From Desulfatiglandales bacterium (GTDB lineage: Bacteria; Desulfobacterota; DSM-4660; Desulfatiglandales; Desulfatiglandaceae), in assembly GCA_963662465.1 (NCBI GenBank), contig OY759599.1:832001-896000 (forward strand): a stretch of 64,000 bases of DNA, in the 5' to 3' direction. Below the pieces are notes generated by a model that saw only the letters and a list, made by a program, of their open reading frames with translations, was not told the DNA's origin and did not search any database. Position numbers and translations under genes: made by a program. Shown here piece by piece: positions 1-8,914 of the stretch (position 1 is its first letter; each line of letters starts with the position of its first letter).

Positions 1-405
1 CGGGACTTTGTCTATCAGGGTGAAAACCGGCCCCAAGACCTGGCAACCCGAATAGATGCAATGGTTTTCGAAGCCGCCGGGGTCGCCCGCCTGCCCGTAC
101 TCCAGGCCGGATCTGATTTCGGACCGTTCATGGACCGCGAGGAAGCAAGGCTTAAAGCCATGGGTATCGTAACCATTCAGGTCTGGCTGAACCTGACCTG
201 GCCATGGGTGGAAAAAGCGGTGGCGGAACTACGATGTCGGGGGTTCTTTTTTGGGGGGCTTTTACCGCGGTGGTTCGACGACGACGGGTTGTTGATGCAG
301 AAAATACAAATCCGACCCAACTGGGAAGGCGTGAACCTGCTATACGACCGAGGAAAACAACTGTTCGACCTGGTAAAAAAGGATTGGGCCGAAACAGTTT
401 CCTAA
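1..405 (+). CDS. 3' part of a gene entering the window, possibly a GNAT-fold protein
   Basis: Frame is open from base 1 to TAA at 403-405; the C-terminal GFFFGGLLPRW motif resembles GNAT-associated proteins. Confidence 0.4.
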   Translation, partial: RDFVYQGENRPQDLATRIDAMVFEAAGVARLPVLQAGSDFGPFMDREEARLKAMGIVTIQVWLNLTWPWVEKAVAELRCRGFFFGGLLPRWFDDDGLLMQKIQIRPNWEGVNLLYDRGKQLFDLVKKDWAETVS

Positions 406-459
406 GGCTGGAAAGCAAAAATTCCGCAACCCGCAGGTTCCTTTTATCTATTTCCTGAT

Positions 460-572
460 AGGGTATACCCGCTTTCTTCATCTGTTTCGAATAAACATTG
501 TTTTTCCGGATGATTGACCGAAGCAGCGACAGAACCTCTTTTCCCCGGATATGTTTTTTATTGGCCCCCTTT
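460..572 (-). repeat. Degenerate direct copy of the marR 3' end (matches about 31967-32130); candidate island boundary
   Basis: agggtatacccgctttcttcatctg...gaagcagcgacagaacctcttt occurs at both 460 and 31967; the left copy has an internal deletion of about 50 bp. Confidence 0.85.
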
Positions 573-1150
573 AATGGGCGGCCCTATTTCGACCTTGTCA
601 TAGATTTCGGCAAGGGCTAGATGACAATCAATCGAACTCAGTTCAAGGGCGTCTTCGAGACGATTTGTCTCGGAGAACAACCAGAGTTGTTGGGCTGTTT
701 AACGAAATGCTCCACATGATGCTTGTCCTGAGCAATCAGGACGTACTCGATGAAGGATTCGAGCATGCGGTACTGCTCAAATTTGCCGCCCCGGTCATAG
801 TCTTTGGTTGAGTTGGATAGTACTTCAACGATGAACGTAGGATTAAGGAGCGTGTCTTTATGATCATCATCAAACTGAGGCTCACCACACACTACAATGA
901 CATCAGGATAAGTATAGAGTCCGGTGGCGCTGACTTTCAACCGCAAGTCTGTGGAATAGACAGTGCAGTGCCTGTTTTTCAGTTGCCCATGAAGTTCAGA
1001 CACAACATTCGTCACAATGAGGACGTGTTCCGGCGTTGCGCCGGCCATCGCAAATATTTCACCGTTGAAGTATTCGCTTTTGCACTCGGCTTTCCGTTCG
1101 AGAGTCAAATATTCTACAGAAGTAAATTGCGTTTTAGGTTGTAAAGACAT
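558..1150 (-). pseudogene. Uma2-family endonuclease, frameshifted near 688
   Basis: EYFNGEIFAMAG, YPDVIVVC, IVEVLS and DRGGKF motifs; the typical tail WLFSE...IDCHLALAEIYDKV continues in another frame to a stop at 558. Confidence 0.8.
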
Positions 1151-1300
1151 AATTTCCTCAGTTTTACATGGGGGTCTCGATTCTGACGGGTAATGATAAA
1201 CATTACAAAATTCTGAAAGACATTGATATCAAAAAGTTCCGCCCATAAACCTTCAAAACTTCAGCGAACATCCAGGCGTATCTCTTGCTATGGAAAGTCA

Positions 1301-1996
1301 GCTGAAGCGGTGTACGACCGCATGGCGACGGACATGAGGCGGTTTCGAAAACTGACCACCCTGCGGGGGGCGGGCCTTGGGGATATGCTGGAAGGGGCGG
1401 GTTCCGAGTGGTGGCGGCGCGGGGACGGTATGGCCCTGGATGAATTTTACCGTCGGTGTCTGGGGCAGGGACTGGTCTATCATGAAACCCACGAACGGGG
1501 ATGCCTGCCGGCGGGCTTGGTTGAAGAAATCCGGGCCTTAAGCCAATCGGCCATCCCCTGGGATGTGGAACTGGCGCGCTGGTTTGATGTGCATTTTCTT
1601 CCCGTGGAACAGGTTCGGTCCTATGCCAGGCAAAGCAGACGACAGTCCTCGATCCCAGACCCCGCTGGACGCCCATGCACGGGGCCATGGAGGGAAGAAC
1701 ATTCGGCGTTATTCTGGGTACCTCCGGTTCCATGGATCGAAACCTTCCGGCCAAAGCCCTGGGCGCCATTTCCGGATACAGCATATCCAGAGATGTTCCC
1801 CGGGTTCGGGTGGTTTTTTGTGATGCCGCGACCTATGATCAGGGGTACATGGCGCCCGAAGATATTGCCGAAAGCGTAAAGATCAGAGGCAGAGGCGGAA
1901 CCGTGCTTCAACCGGCCGTCACCCTGCTTGAAAACGCGGCGGATTTCCCAAAGGACGGCCCCATCCTGATCATTACCGACGGATATTGCGATCCCC
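1301..1996 (+). pseudogene. Degraded duplicate of the 3' part of the zincin/vWA gene (30000-30705)
   Basis: Near-identical DNA; a deletion of about 10 bp near 1652 shifts the frame; MIDAS DTSGS is changed to GTSGS. Confidence 0.92.
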
Positions 1997-2011
1997 GAAA
2001 CTTATCGAATA

Positions 2012-3334
2012 TCAAACAATTAGATCTATCCGGCCCGCAGACCCTTCCGATTCCCGGATGATGCCCTCAAGATCCTCCGGGCGCAGCCGATAACGAATAA
2101 CATTGCCTTCATGCAGGCCCCGAAACTCATTTCCTATATAATTGACGATCTCCTCACGATCCGCTTTTGAAATATCAGCCTCAGCGGCCATGGCCATAAT
2201 AAGCTCCGGCCGGAATGCCTTCCAGTTGAGTACGCTACGGCGCACGGCCTTACGAACAAAATCGCGGTAGACCAACGCGGCTTTTTCCGGGATCTCGATC
2301 TCCGCACGCAATGTTCTGTAATTATCAGCCGAAGTCATGTAGGCTTCGATATACGCTTCACGCAGCAGGGAAACATTGTTCAGCTCATAGATTCCGATGA
2401 GACCATCAATATAGGCTCTGTCATCCATGGTGAGAAACGACATAGGCGCTAAATCGGCCTTCAGTAAAGGTATATTGGAGGCAATGCGAGAGGTTCTCTT
2501 ATTAATATCTTCGAAAGCCTGCAAATAAGGGATATGAACGAGAAGAAAGAACGACTGTTCAAACGGATCATTGACGGCCGCCGATTTTTCAATCAGTATA
2601 TCAAATTCTTCCGCGATCGCAAACTGATCGCCAAGGGGCCTGTAGCTTGAATGGGTAATACCGACGGGCATGCGGCGCAGCCGTCCAGTCATAGCGGGGT
2701 TGACCAGAAGGCCGTCAGCGAGCAAAGCGTGAATGTTGAACAGGTCCTGCCGGCTGATTTTGATGGCAGCAAGATGTTCCACGACATACTGAATCGCTTC
2801 TTTGTGATTAAGGATCATCACCGCTTCTTTACGGTCCTTTCCGGAAGCCTCTTGCCCGAAACGGATAAGACGCTCGGTTTCGAGAATATCGTACGTATTC
2901 CCTTCCATGCGTGATGACGCCCATGACAGATCGACCAAGAGCCGTTCAAGAATACGGCGTACATAGGTTCCCGCCGGCAGCGGCGAGCCGGTAGGCGTAC
3001 CGGCTTCATGCAAACGCTGTCGTTCAGCTTCCGTGAGGTAAAATGTCTTGTTTGGAATATAGCGGTCTAAGAATACTTTTTGATACCCAGCCGGCCTGCG
3101 GCGGTTATAAGGCTTCAGTAAATGGGCGCGGATCACGTCGGCGCCCGCAAGGCTGTAGACAGTGGCCGGACCTTTACCTGAAACCTCTAATTTGCCTTCG
3201 CCTACGAGCTTTTTCAGAGCACGCCAGACGGTCGTTTCGCTCGCTTCGGGGACAACTTCTCGGCGGATATTCTCCCGGCGGGCGCCGGGATGGGCCGCAA
3301 TGTAGTCAAGGATGGCCTGGCTAGAGATCGTCAT
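2012..3334 (-). CDS. Fic-family protein with an N-terminal winged-helix region
   Basis: SWASSRMEGN, ILNHKEA and a variant Fic motif LQAFEDINKRTSR. Confidence 0.85.
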   Translation of the reverse strand: MTISSQAILDYIAAHPGARRENIRREVVPEASETTVWRALKKLVGEGKLEVSGKGPATVYSLAGADVIRAHLLKPYNRRRPAGYQKVFLDRYIPNKTFYLTEAERQRLHEAGTPTGSPLPAGTYVRRILERLLVDLSWASSRMEGNTYDILETERLIRFGQEASGKDRKEAVMILNHKEAIQYVVEHLAAIKISRQDLFNIHALLADGLLVNPAMTGRLRRMPVGITHSSYRPLGDQFAIAEEFDILIEKSAAVNDPFEQSFFLLVHIPYLQAFEDINKRTSRIASNIPLLKADLAPMSFLTMDDRAYIDGLIGIYELNNVSLLREAYIEAYMTSADNYRTLRAEIEIPEKAALVYRDFVRKAVRRSVLNWKAFRPELIMAMAAEADISKADREEIVNYIGNEFRGLHEGNVIRYRLRPEDLEGIIRESEGSAGRIDLIV

Positions 3335-3454
3335 TGAAATGATTTCTCAGAGTTATGAAATGAATATGCGATTATAATATAAAGGTATTTCCAGTTTGTC
3401 AAACTATCGTTTCATTTCTTTTGAAACGATAGCCGGAACAGTCCATTACGCCGA

Positions 3455-3694
3455 TATACCCAGAAAGAGCAGTGATAAAACCTATGGTGAAAAGCTGATC
3501 AGCCTGTTTGCGCGACGGGAAGAAGAAAAGGTTATTATCGGGGTACTGTTCGACATTGGTATCGAATATGATGTTATTTTCAGCCCGTTGTTTGCCTCTG
3601 GGGATGAGTAGGAAGGTGGCATATTTACCTGATTCCCTGTTTACGAAGAAATCATGAGAGATGGGGCCATTGTCGCGTGAGCCGGCAGATTATC
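3455..3694 (+). pseudogene. Collapsed chimeric duplicate: WYL gene start (6097-6158) fused to the MNT end and HEPN start (7560-7737)
   Basis: Direct nucleotide near-identity to both segments, with ATG changed to ATA and TGG to TAG. Confidence 0.9.
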
Positions 3695-3715
3695 GCATCC
3701 TTTTTGATTGCGGTA

Positions 3716-5941
3716 TTAAAAGCCAATCGCATTTCCCCCAGCATGGATTTTTTTGACCCTGACCTCTTCCTCCAAAGCCATCACAAGGGTCTGATGTTTC
3801 AATTTCCTTTCGGGGTAAAACCCATATCGGTCCCTCACGGTCTTGAAATCGCCGGGGGATAGATCCACAATCTCCTTCAAGCACTTTTTGTTTTCCCCAT
3901 CCAATGGCGATTTGATCAAGGGTGAGAGGAGTTTTTTGTAAAAGATGACATTTCCCTCCGGGGTGAGAAAATCAAAGTTCAGCTTGTGATTGAACCTTCG
4001 AATGGAAGCCGCATCCAGGTCTCCCATGCGATTGGTGGTGCAGATCAGTATCCCCCTGAAGCGCTCCATACTCGTGAGAAATTCATTGGTGAGGCTGAGC
4101 TCCCAGGAGCGTTGCGCTCGATCTCGGTTAAAAAGCAGGGATTCCGCTTCATCCATGATCAGAATAGCTTCCTCCCGTTCCGCCTCTTCAAAAGCATCCC
4201 GGATGTTCTTTTCACTTTCGCCAACATATTTACTTTGAATGTCGCTGACACGCTTGCAAATGATCTCCCGGTCCAGACGTTCTCCAATGTAGCGAGCCAG
4301 TTCGCTTTTTCCGGCGCCGGGAGGGCCATAAAACAGGAGATTCATATTCACCATCTTACCCTGGGGTGAACTTCTGAGATAAGCGTCAAACACTTCCAAC
4401 TGCGCCATCACCGCATCCATATCCCCCTTGATATTCAAACCGTTCAGAGAATACCGTTTGTCGATCCGGTCACGATCAACCTTCTTCTCTCCGCCGTTTT
4501 TCAGGGTTTCATGGGCCTCCAGGGCCAACTTTACACTTTCTATAAATGCGCCTTTTGTTTTGTGGTCCATCTCCTTTGCTTTCTTGACCGCCAAATCCGC
4601 CGCGCCTGCACTGACCCGGTAAGTTCCTGCAAGGTTTTCAATTTCCGGCTGGGTTAAAAAGCGTTTTGATTGGTTCTTTCTGAGGATGTTTTCCCAGAGT
4701 AAAATGCGCTGGCGTTTGTTAAAAGGCCTGAAATGGAGGCTGAATGCAAACCGGCGAAGCACCGACGGTTCGATATCCTCGATCTGGTTCGTGATCCAGA
4801 TCATCCTGAGTCCGGGTGTTTCCATGAGTTCGTTCATCCATCCTTTATCCTGGGTTTCCCCTCGCATGAACCACGAAAAACGGGTGTTCAAAAGGTTGTC
4901 CGCTTCATCCACCACGATGAGCGACCCCAGTCCCGAATTCGTCATATTGATACAGGCCAGGATCGCGGCCCGCCTGTTACGGGTGGTGTTGGCCTCGCCA
5001 CGGACAATCCCATAAGGAGAAAGACCCGTTTCCCGGGCAACCCCGGCCGCAAAACTGCTCTTTCCTGTTCCCGGCGGGCCGTAAAGAAGAATATGGGTCG
5101 ATGATTTCGGCTTTTCACGAAGGAGGGCCAGGGTGTGCGCGATTTTCTTTTCTCCCAGAAAATGATGGGCCAAGGGAATACTCTTGTGATTCAGGCGAAC
5201 AAAGAAGTTTTTGGATATAAGCTGGGAAGAGGGGTTTTCAAAAAGAGGACGAAAATCATCCTCCAGACCCAAATCATATCTGTCAATTTCAAAAAGGCCG
5301 ATTCTTTCCAGTTTGCCGGTAAGGATATCATTTAAGGCGCTCTTGCTGATATTCAGGAGATTGCAGAGATATCGCCTGCCGCTGAATTTCTGGCATTCCA
5401 AATGGTTGACAAAATAGGCCTCTACCGGGTCATAGTTGGATACAATGAAAAGGAAGGTGCAGAATTGACATTCCTGTTCCGTCAAGCCAAACATTTCCCG
5501 AATGACATCCAGGTTCTTTTCCAGATCCGATTTACCCCTGAATCGAAGTTCCTCAATTTTCAAGGTCAGCAGGCGTTGTACCTCGCGAATCATTTCCCGG
5601 TGGAACCCGAGGGCCATCTTTGAAATGATCCGCCAAAGATCCCCTCCGTATTCGCCATGGTCAGACAGAGATTCAGAAAGGCCTTCCTCAATTTCTTCTC
5701 GGTCTTCATCTTCGAACTGGTTTTCAAGGAATGTGCCCAAACCTTCACGGTTTTGTCCCAGGTTCCAGCAAATCAGCTCCAGCGCTTCCTCATCCAGAAC
5801 CGGATAGCGGTCAAAGTGCCCAATCAGGATAGCCGCCGTATGGCTCAAAACAAACCGTTCATTTTTGTCAGGCATCTGATTTTGACTTCGTCCCATGTTT
5901 TTTCGTCTTCTTTTTCGTCTTAATATCATCGGCATGTTCAA
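3716..5941 (-). CDS. AAA+ ATPase with two AAA modules
   Basis: Walker A GPPGTGKS and GPPGAGKS, Walker B IVVDE and LIMDE, arginine-finger regions LRRF and IRRF, C-terminal IGF; start codon uncertain. Confidence 0.9.
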   Translation of the reverse strand: MNMPMILRRKRRRKNMGRSQNQMPDKNERFVLSHTAAILIGHFDRYPVLDEEALELICWNLGQNREGLGTFLENQFEDEDREEIEEGLSESLSDHGEYGGDLWRIISKMALGFHREMIREVQRLLTLKIEELRFRGKSDLEKNLDVIREMFGLTEQECQFCTFLFIVSNYDPVEAYFVNHLECQKFSGRRYLCNLLNISKSALNDILTGKLERIGLFEIDRYDLGLEDDFRPLFENPSSQLISKNFFVRLNHKSIPLAHHFLGEKKIAHTLALLREKPKSSTHILLYGPPGTGKSSFAAGVARETGLSPYGIVRGEANTTRNRRAAILACINMTNSGLGSLIVVDEADNLLNTRFSWFMRGETQDKGWMNELMETPGLRMIWITNQIEDIEPSVLRRFAFSLHFRPFNKRQRILLWENILRKNQSKRFLTQPEIENLAGTYRVSAGAADLAVKKAKEMDHKTKGAFIESVKLALEAHETLKNGGEKKVDRDRIDKRYSLNGLNIKGDMDAVMAQLEVFDAYLRSSPQGKMVNMNLLFYGPPGAGKSELARYIGERLDREIICKRVSDIQSKYVGESEKNIRDAFEEAEREEAILIMDEAESLLFNRDRAQRSWELSLTNEFLTSMERFRGILICTTNRMGDLDAASIRRFNHKLNFDFLTPEGNVIFYKKLLSPLIKSPLDGENKKCLKEIVDLSPGDFKTVRDRYGFYPERKLKHQTLVMALEEEVRVKKIHAGGNAIGF

Positions 5942-6097
5942 TCCTCCTTCTTTGTGCTTGTTGAAGGGAGTATGGCATGTTAATGTTCCATAGTACGGAA
6001 TGAAGAGTGGCTATTTTTGATAAAGTTCGACAGGCGCTTGAAATGTTTTTGAGGCCCATCGGTATTGTGGCACTCCGTGACTTTCGAAAGGTCGTTT

Positions 6098-7105
6098 ATG
6101 CCCAGAAAGAGCAGTGATAAAACTTATGGTGAAAAGCTGATCAGTTTGTTTGCGCGACTTCTGTTCACCAGAGAACCTCATTCTCTGTCAGACCTGGCCC
6201 GCATGCTGGATTGCTCCAAACAGACGGTCTTGAGGCTGATTGAGGACATTGAAAGGTCCTACAAGGTCCATATCGAATGGTCTATGCAGGGTCGAAGGCG
6301 GTTTTTTCGCCTGAAAACGCTGGGGCAGCAACCACCCACGCTGAACCTGACGGCCACGGAACTGCATGCGCTCTATATGTGCAGATCCTTTGCCGAACAC
6401 CTCCTGGGCAACGGGTTTCTGGAAGAAACGACCCGGGCGTTGGAAAAAGGCCGTACCCTCCTGCCACGGGAGGCAAGTTTTTCCTCCCGCCACTTTGCCG
6501 CTTTCAGGCCGGGAACCATTGATTATACGCCCCAACAGGAATCCATTCGAACCTTACTTGCGGCCATGGAGAAAAGCAGGGTTTGCAAAATTTCCTACCG
6601 GGCCATCCTGGCGAAGAAATCCAAAACCTTCTACATCAAGCCATACCGGCTATTCTCACACCAGGATACGGTTTACCTGCACGCAGGTCTGGCCAGAAAG
6701 CCTGGGGCCTTGTACAAGGAACCCGCGTTTGACCCTCTCCTGGCGGTTCACCGGATTCAAAAGGCTGAGTTGGACGAACGGTTTTTCAAGTTTCCGGAAG
6801 GCTATGATTTTGAAAAAATCTTCAACCGGAACTTTGGCGTGATTAAGGAGGAAGCCTTTGAGGTGAAGGTGGAATTTTTCGGGTTTGCCGCAGGGTTTGT
6901 AGCGGAACGTATCTGGAGCTCGGACCAGCAAATTCAGCAGTTGCCGGAGGGAAAGATCCATCTCTCATTAAGCGCCTCCTCCGAGCCCGAGTTAATGGCA
7001 TGGCTCCTATCATTTGGGGATGAGGCCAGGCTGCTCGGGCCGGATTGGTTGGTGGAAAAAGTGAAGGGACAGGTAGCGCGGATGGAAGAAAATTATAGGG
7101 TTTAA
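6098..7105 (+). CDS. HTH-WYL-WCX transcriptional regulator
   Basis: N-terminal HTH (LARMLDCSKQTVLRLIEDI), WYL core (ISYR...IKPYRL...VYLHA...VHRI), C-terminal WLLSFGDEARLLGP. Confidence 0.9.
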   Translation: MPRKSSDKTYGEKLISLFARLLFTREPHSLSDLARMLDCSKQTVLRLIEDIERSYKVHIEWSMQGRRRFFRLKTLGQQPPTLNLTATELHALYMCRSFAEHLLGNGFLEETTRALEKGRTLLPREASFSSRHFAAFRPGTIDYTPQQESIRTLLAAMEKSRVCKISYRAILAKKSKTFYIKPYRLFSHQDTVYLHAGLARKPGALYKEPAFDPLLAVHRIQKAELDERFFKFPEGYDFEKIFNRNFGVIKEEAFEVKVEFFGFAAGFVAERIWSSDQQIQQLPEGKIHLSLSASSEPELMAWLLSFGDEARLLGPDWLVEKVKGQVARMEENYRV

Positions 7106-7375
7106 ACCAGTGATTTTGGGATACAGATTTCCACAGACGATAAAAAATAGAAGATCAGCGACAACTATCTTCTGAAAAATCGGCGCAAGGTGACCGCAAT
7201 CTATGCTATACTCAATTTTCCGGACCGCTTGATCAATAGGTTGGGAAACGCTCGTGGTGTTTTTAAAACTGAACATTTTACATCTTCTGAATGGCGTGGT
7301 GGGTCTGGCTGAAGTCCCTTCCACGATATTGCGTTATGGATTCCCAAACCGGCGCGTAGGATAAGGAGGGAAAAG

Positions 7376-7723
7376 ATGAAGCCTTTCAAAACGTCTTCGC
7401 TCAACAAAAACGAAAGAAGCGCTATTCGAACTGCTGATGAAATACTCAGAAAGCAATTCCCTATTGACAGTGTAATCCTTTTCGGTTCAAAAGCTCGGGG
7501 CGATTCAGATGCTCATTCAGACATTGACTTGCTCCTCATAACGTCCCGACCCCTTCATTGGAAAGAAGAAAAGTCTATTATCGGGGTACTGTTCGACATT
7601 GGTATGGAATATGATGTTATTTTCAGCCCGTTGTTTGCCTCTGGGGATGAGTGGGAAGGTGGTATATTTACCCAATTCCCTGTTTACGAAGAAATCATGA
7701 GAGATGGGGCCATTGTCGCGTGA
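7376..7723 (+). CDS. Minimal nucleotidyltransferase (MNT) antitoxin
   Basis: LFGSKARGD..SDIDLL motif; overlaps the HEPN start. Confidence 0.9.
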   Translation: MKPFKTSSLNKNERSAIRTADEILRKQFPIDSVILFGSKARGDSDAHSDIDLLLITSRPLHWKEEKSIIGVLFDIGMEYDVIFSPLFASGDEWEGGIFTQFPVYEEIMRDGAIVA

Positions 7724-8060
7724 GCCGGCAGATTATCATGGACTATTGGATGGAAAAGGCGCGGGATGACCTTGCATCCGCACGGGACAATTATACGTCA
7801 GGCAGATATCAGAACGCCGTGAGGGATGCCTATTTTGCCTGTTTTCATGCTTTTTCATCAGTGCTCATAGGAGAAGGGAGAAAATTCAAAAAGCATAAAT
7901 AAGTTCGTTCCATGCTGCATAGAGATTTCATTCGGGTAAAAAAACTTGATGCATCCTGGGGGAAACATTACGACTGGCTTTTTGACAACCGCCACAAAGC
8001 AGACTACCGCCCATTGGTTCAGTTTGATCCTGATCAAGTCAGGGAGGTAATTGACAGAGT
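7720..8060 (+). pseudogene. HEPN toxin with an in-frame TAA (7900-7902), cut at the 3' end
   Basis: KARDDL..A, AYFACFHA and RHKADY motifs lie in one frame broken by a stop; the sequence then runs into the antisense of the helicase fragment. Confidence 0.85.
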
Positions 8061-8914
8061 TCACGAATGCGGGTCATCCGGTAAACGGTATCAAGGCTCT
8101 GGAGCACACCACTGTCAGGATTTTCTCCTGCGGTTTCGACAATGGCCGCGGCTTCGGGCAGTGCGCTGAAAGCGGATGGATTTTCAAGCAAATCCTGTAA
8201 CCACAGGTCCGGTTTTCCAGGGTAATGAATGATCCGGGCCAATTCGGCCGCAGCAAGGGTATCTTCACGATCGACCCACAACCTGAGACCGGCCATCACA
8301 GTCCTGATCTCGGGCGTGGAGAGAAGTCCTGTTCTAGGTAGAATGGCTCTTATGTTGATGCTTTCAAGTGCTTCGGCCACCTTTTCGCAGAATTTGTTGG
8401 TTCGACAGAGGATGCCGATATCTCCCGCTTTCATCCTCCTGATTACCCGGGTTTCAGGGTCCCTGACTTTTGCTTTTGTGTTCCGAAGCAGGGCTTGAAC
8501 ACCGCCCGCAATGGCTGAAGCATCAAGGTCTTTATTACGGGTGTCCAGTTCCCACCATTCCATGAAGTGACCCAGTTCAGGAGGGTTCGATTTTATGGAG
8601 GACTTTAACCTCACCCGTTCCTTTGGAATACCGTGAGGCTTAAAGGCGCGAACGAATATTTCCGAAGTAATGCGTACCAGGGGAGGGCGACTTCGCCAGG
8701 ATTTGTTCAGCGTTTCGGGGGAGTGGTCCTTATTTTTCAGAGTTCCTGGTAAATGACCTTTACGCAACTTAACTGTTTGAAATCGTTATACTGGAGCTTC
8801 TCATAATTTCGTGTGCATTTCAGATTTTAGTGCAGCGTAACTAGCTGAAAATATTAGGTGGGGCAAAATATTTTTTTTATTGACAAATGAAAACTGAAAA
8901 ATTATCTTCAGACC

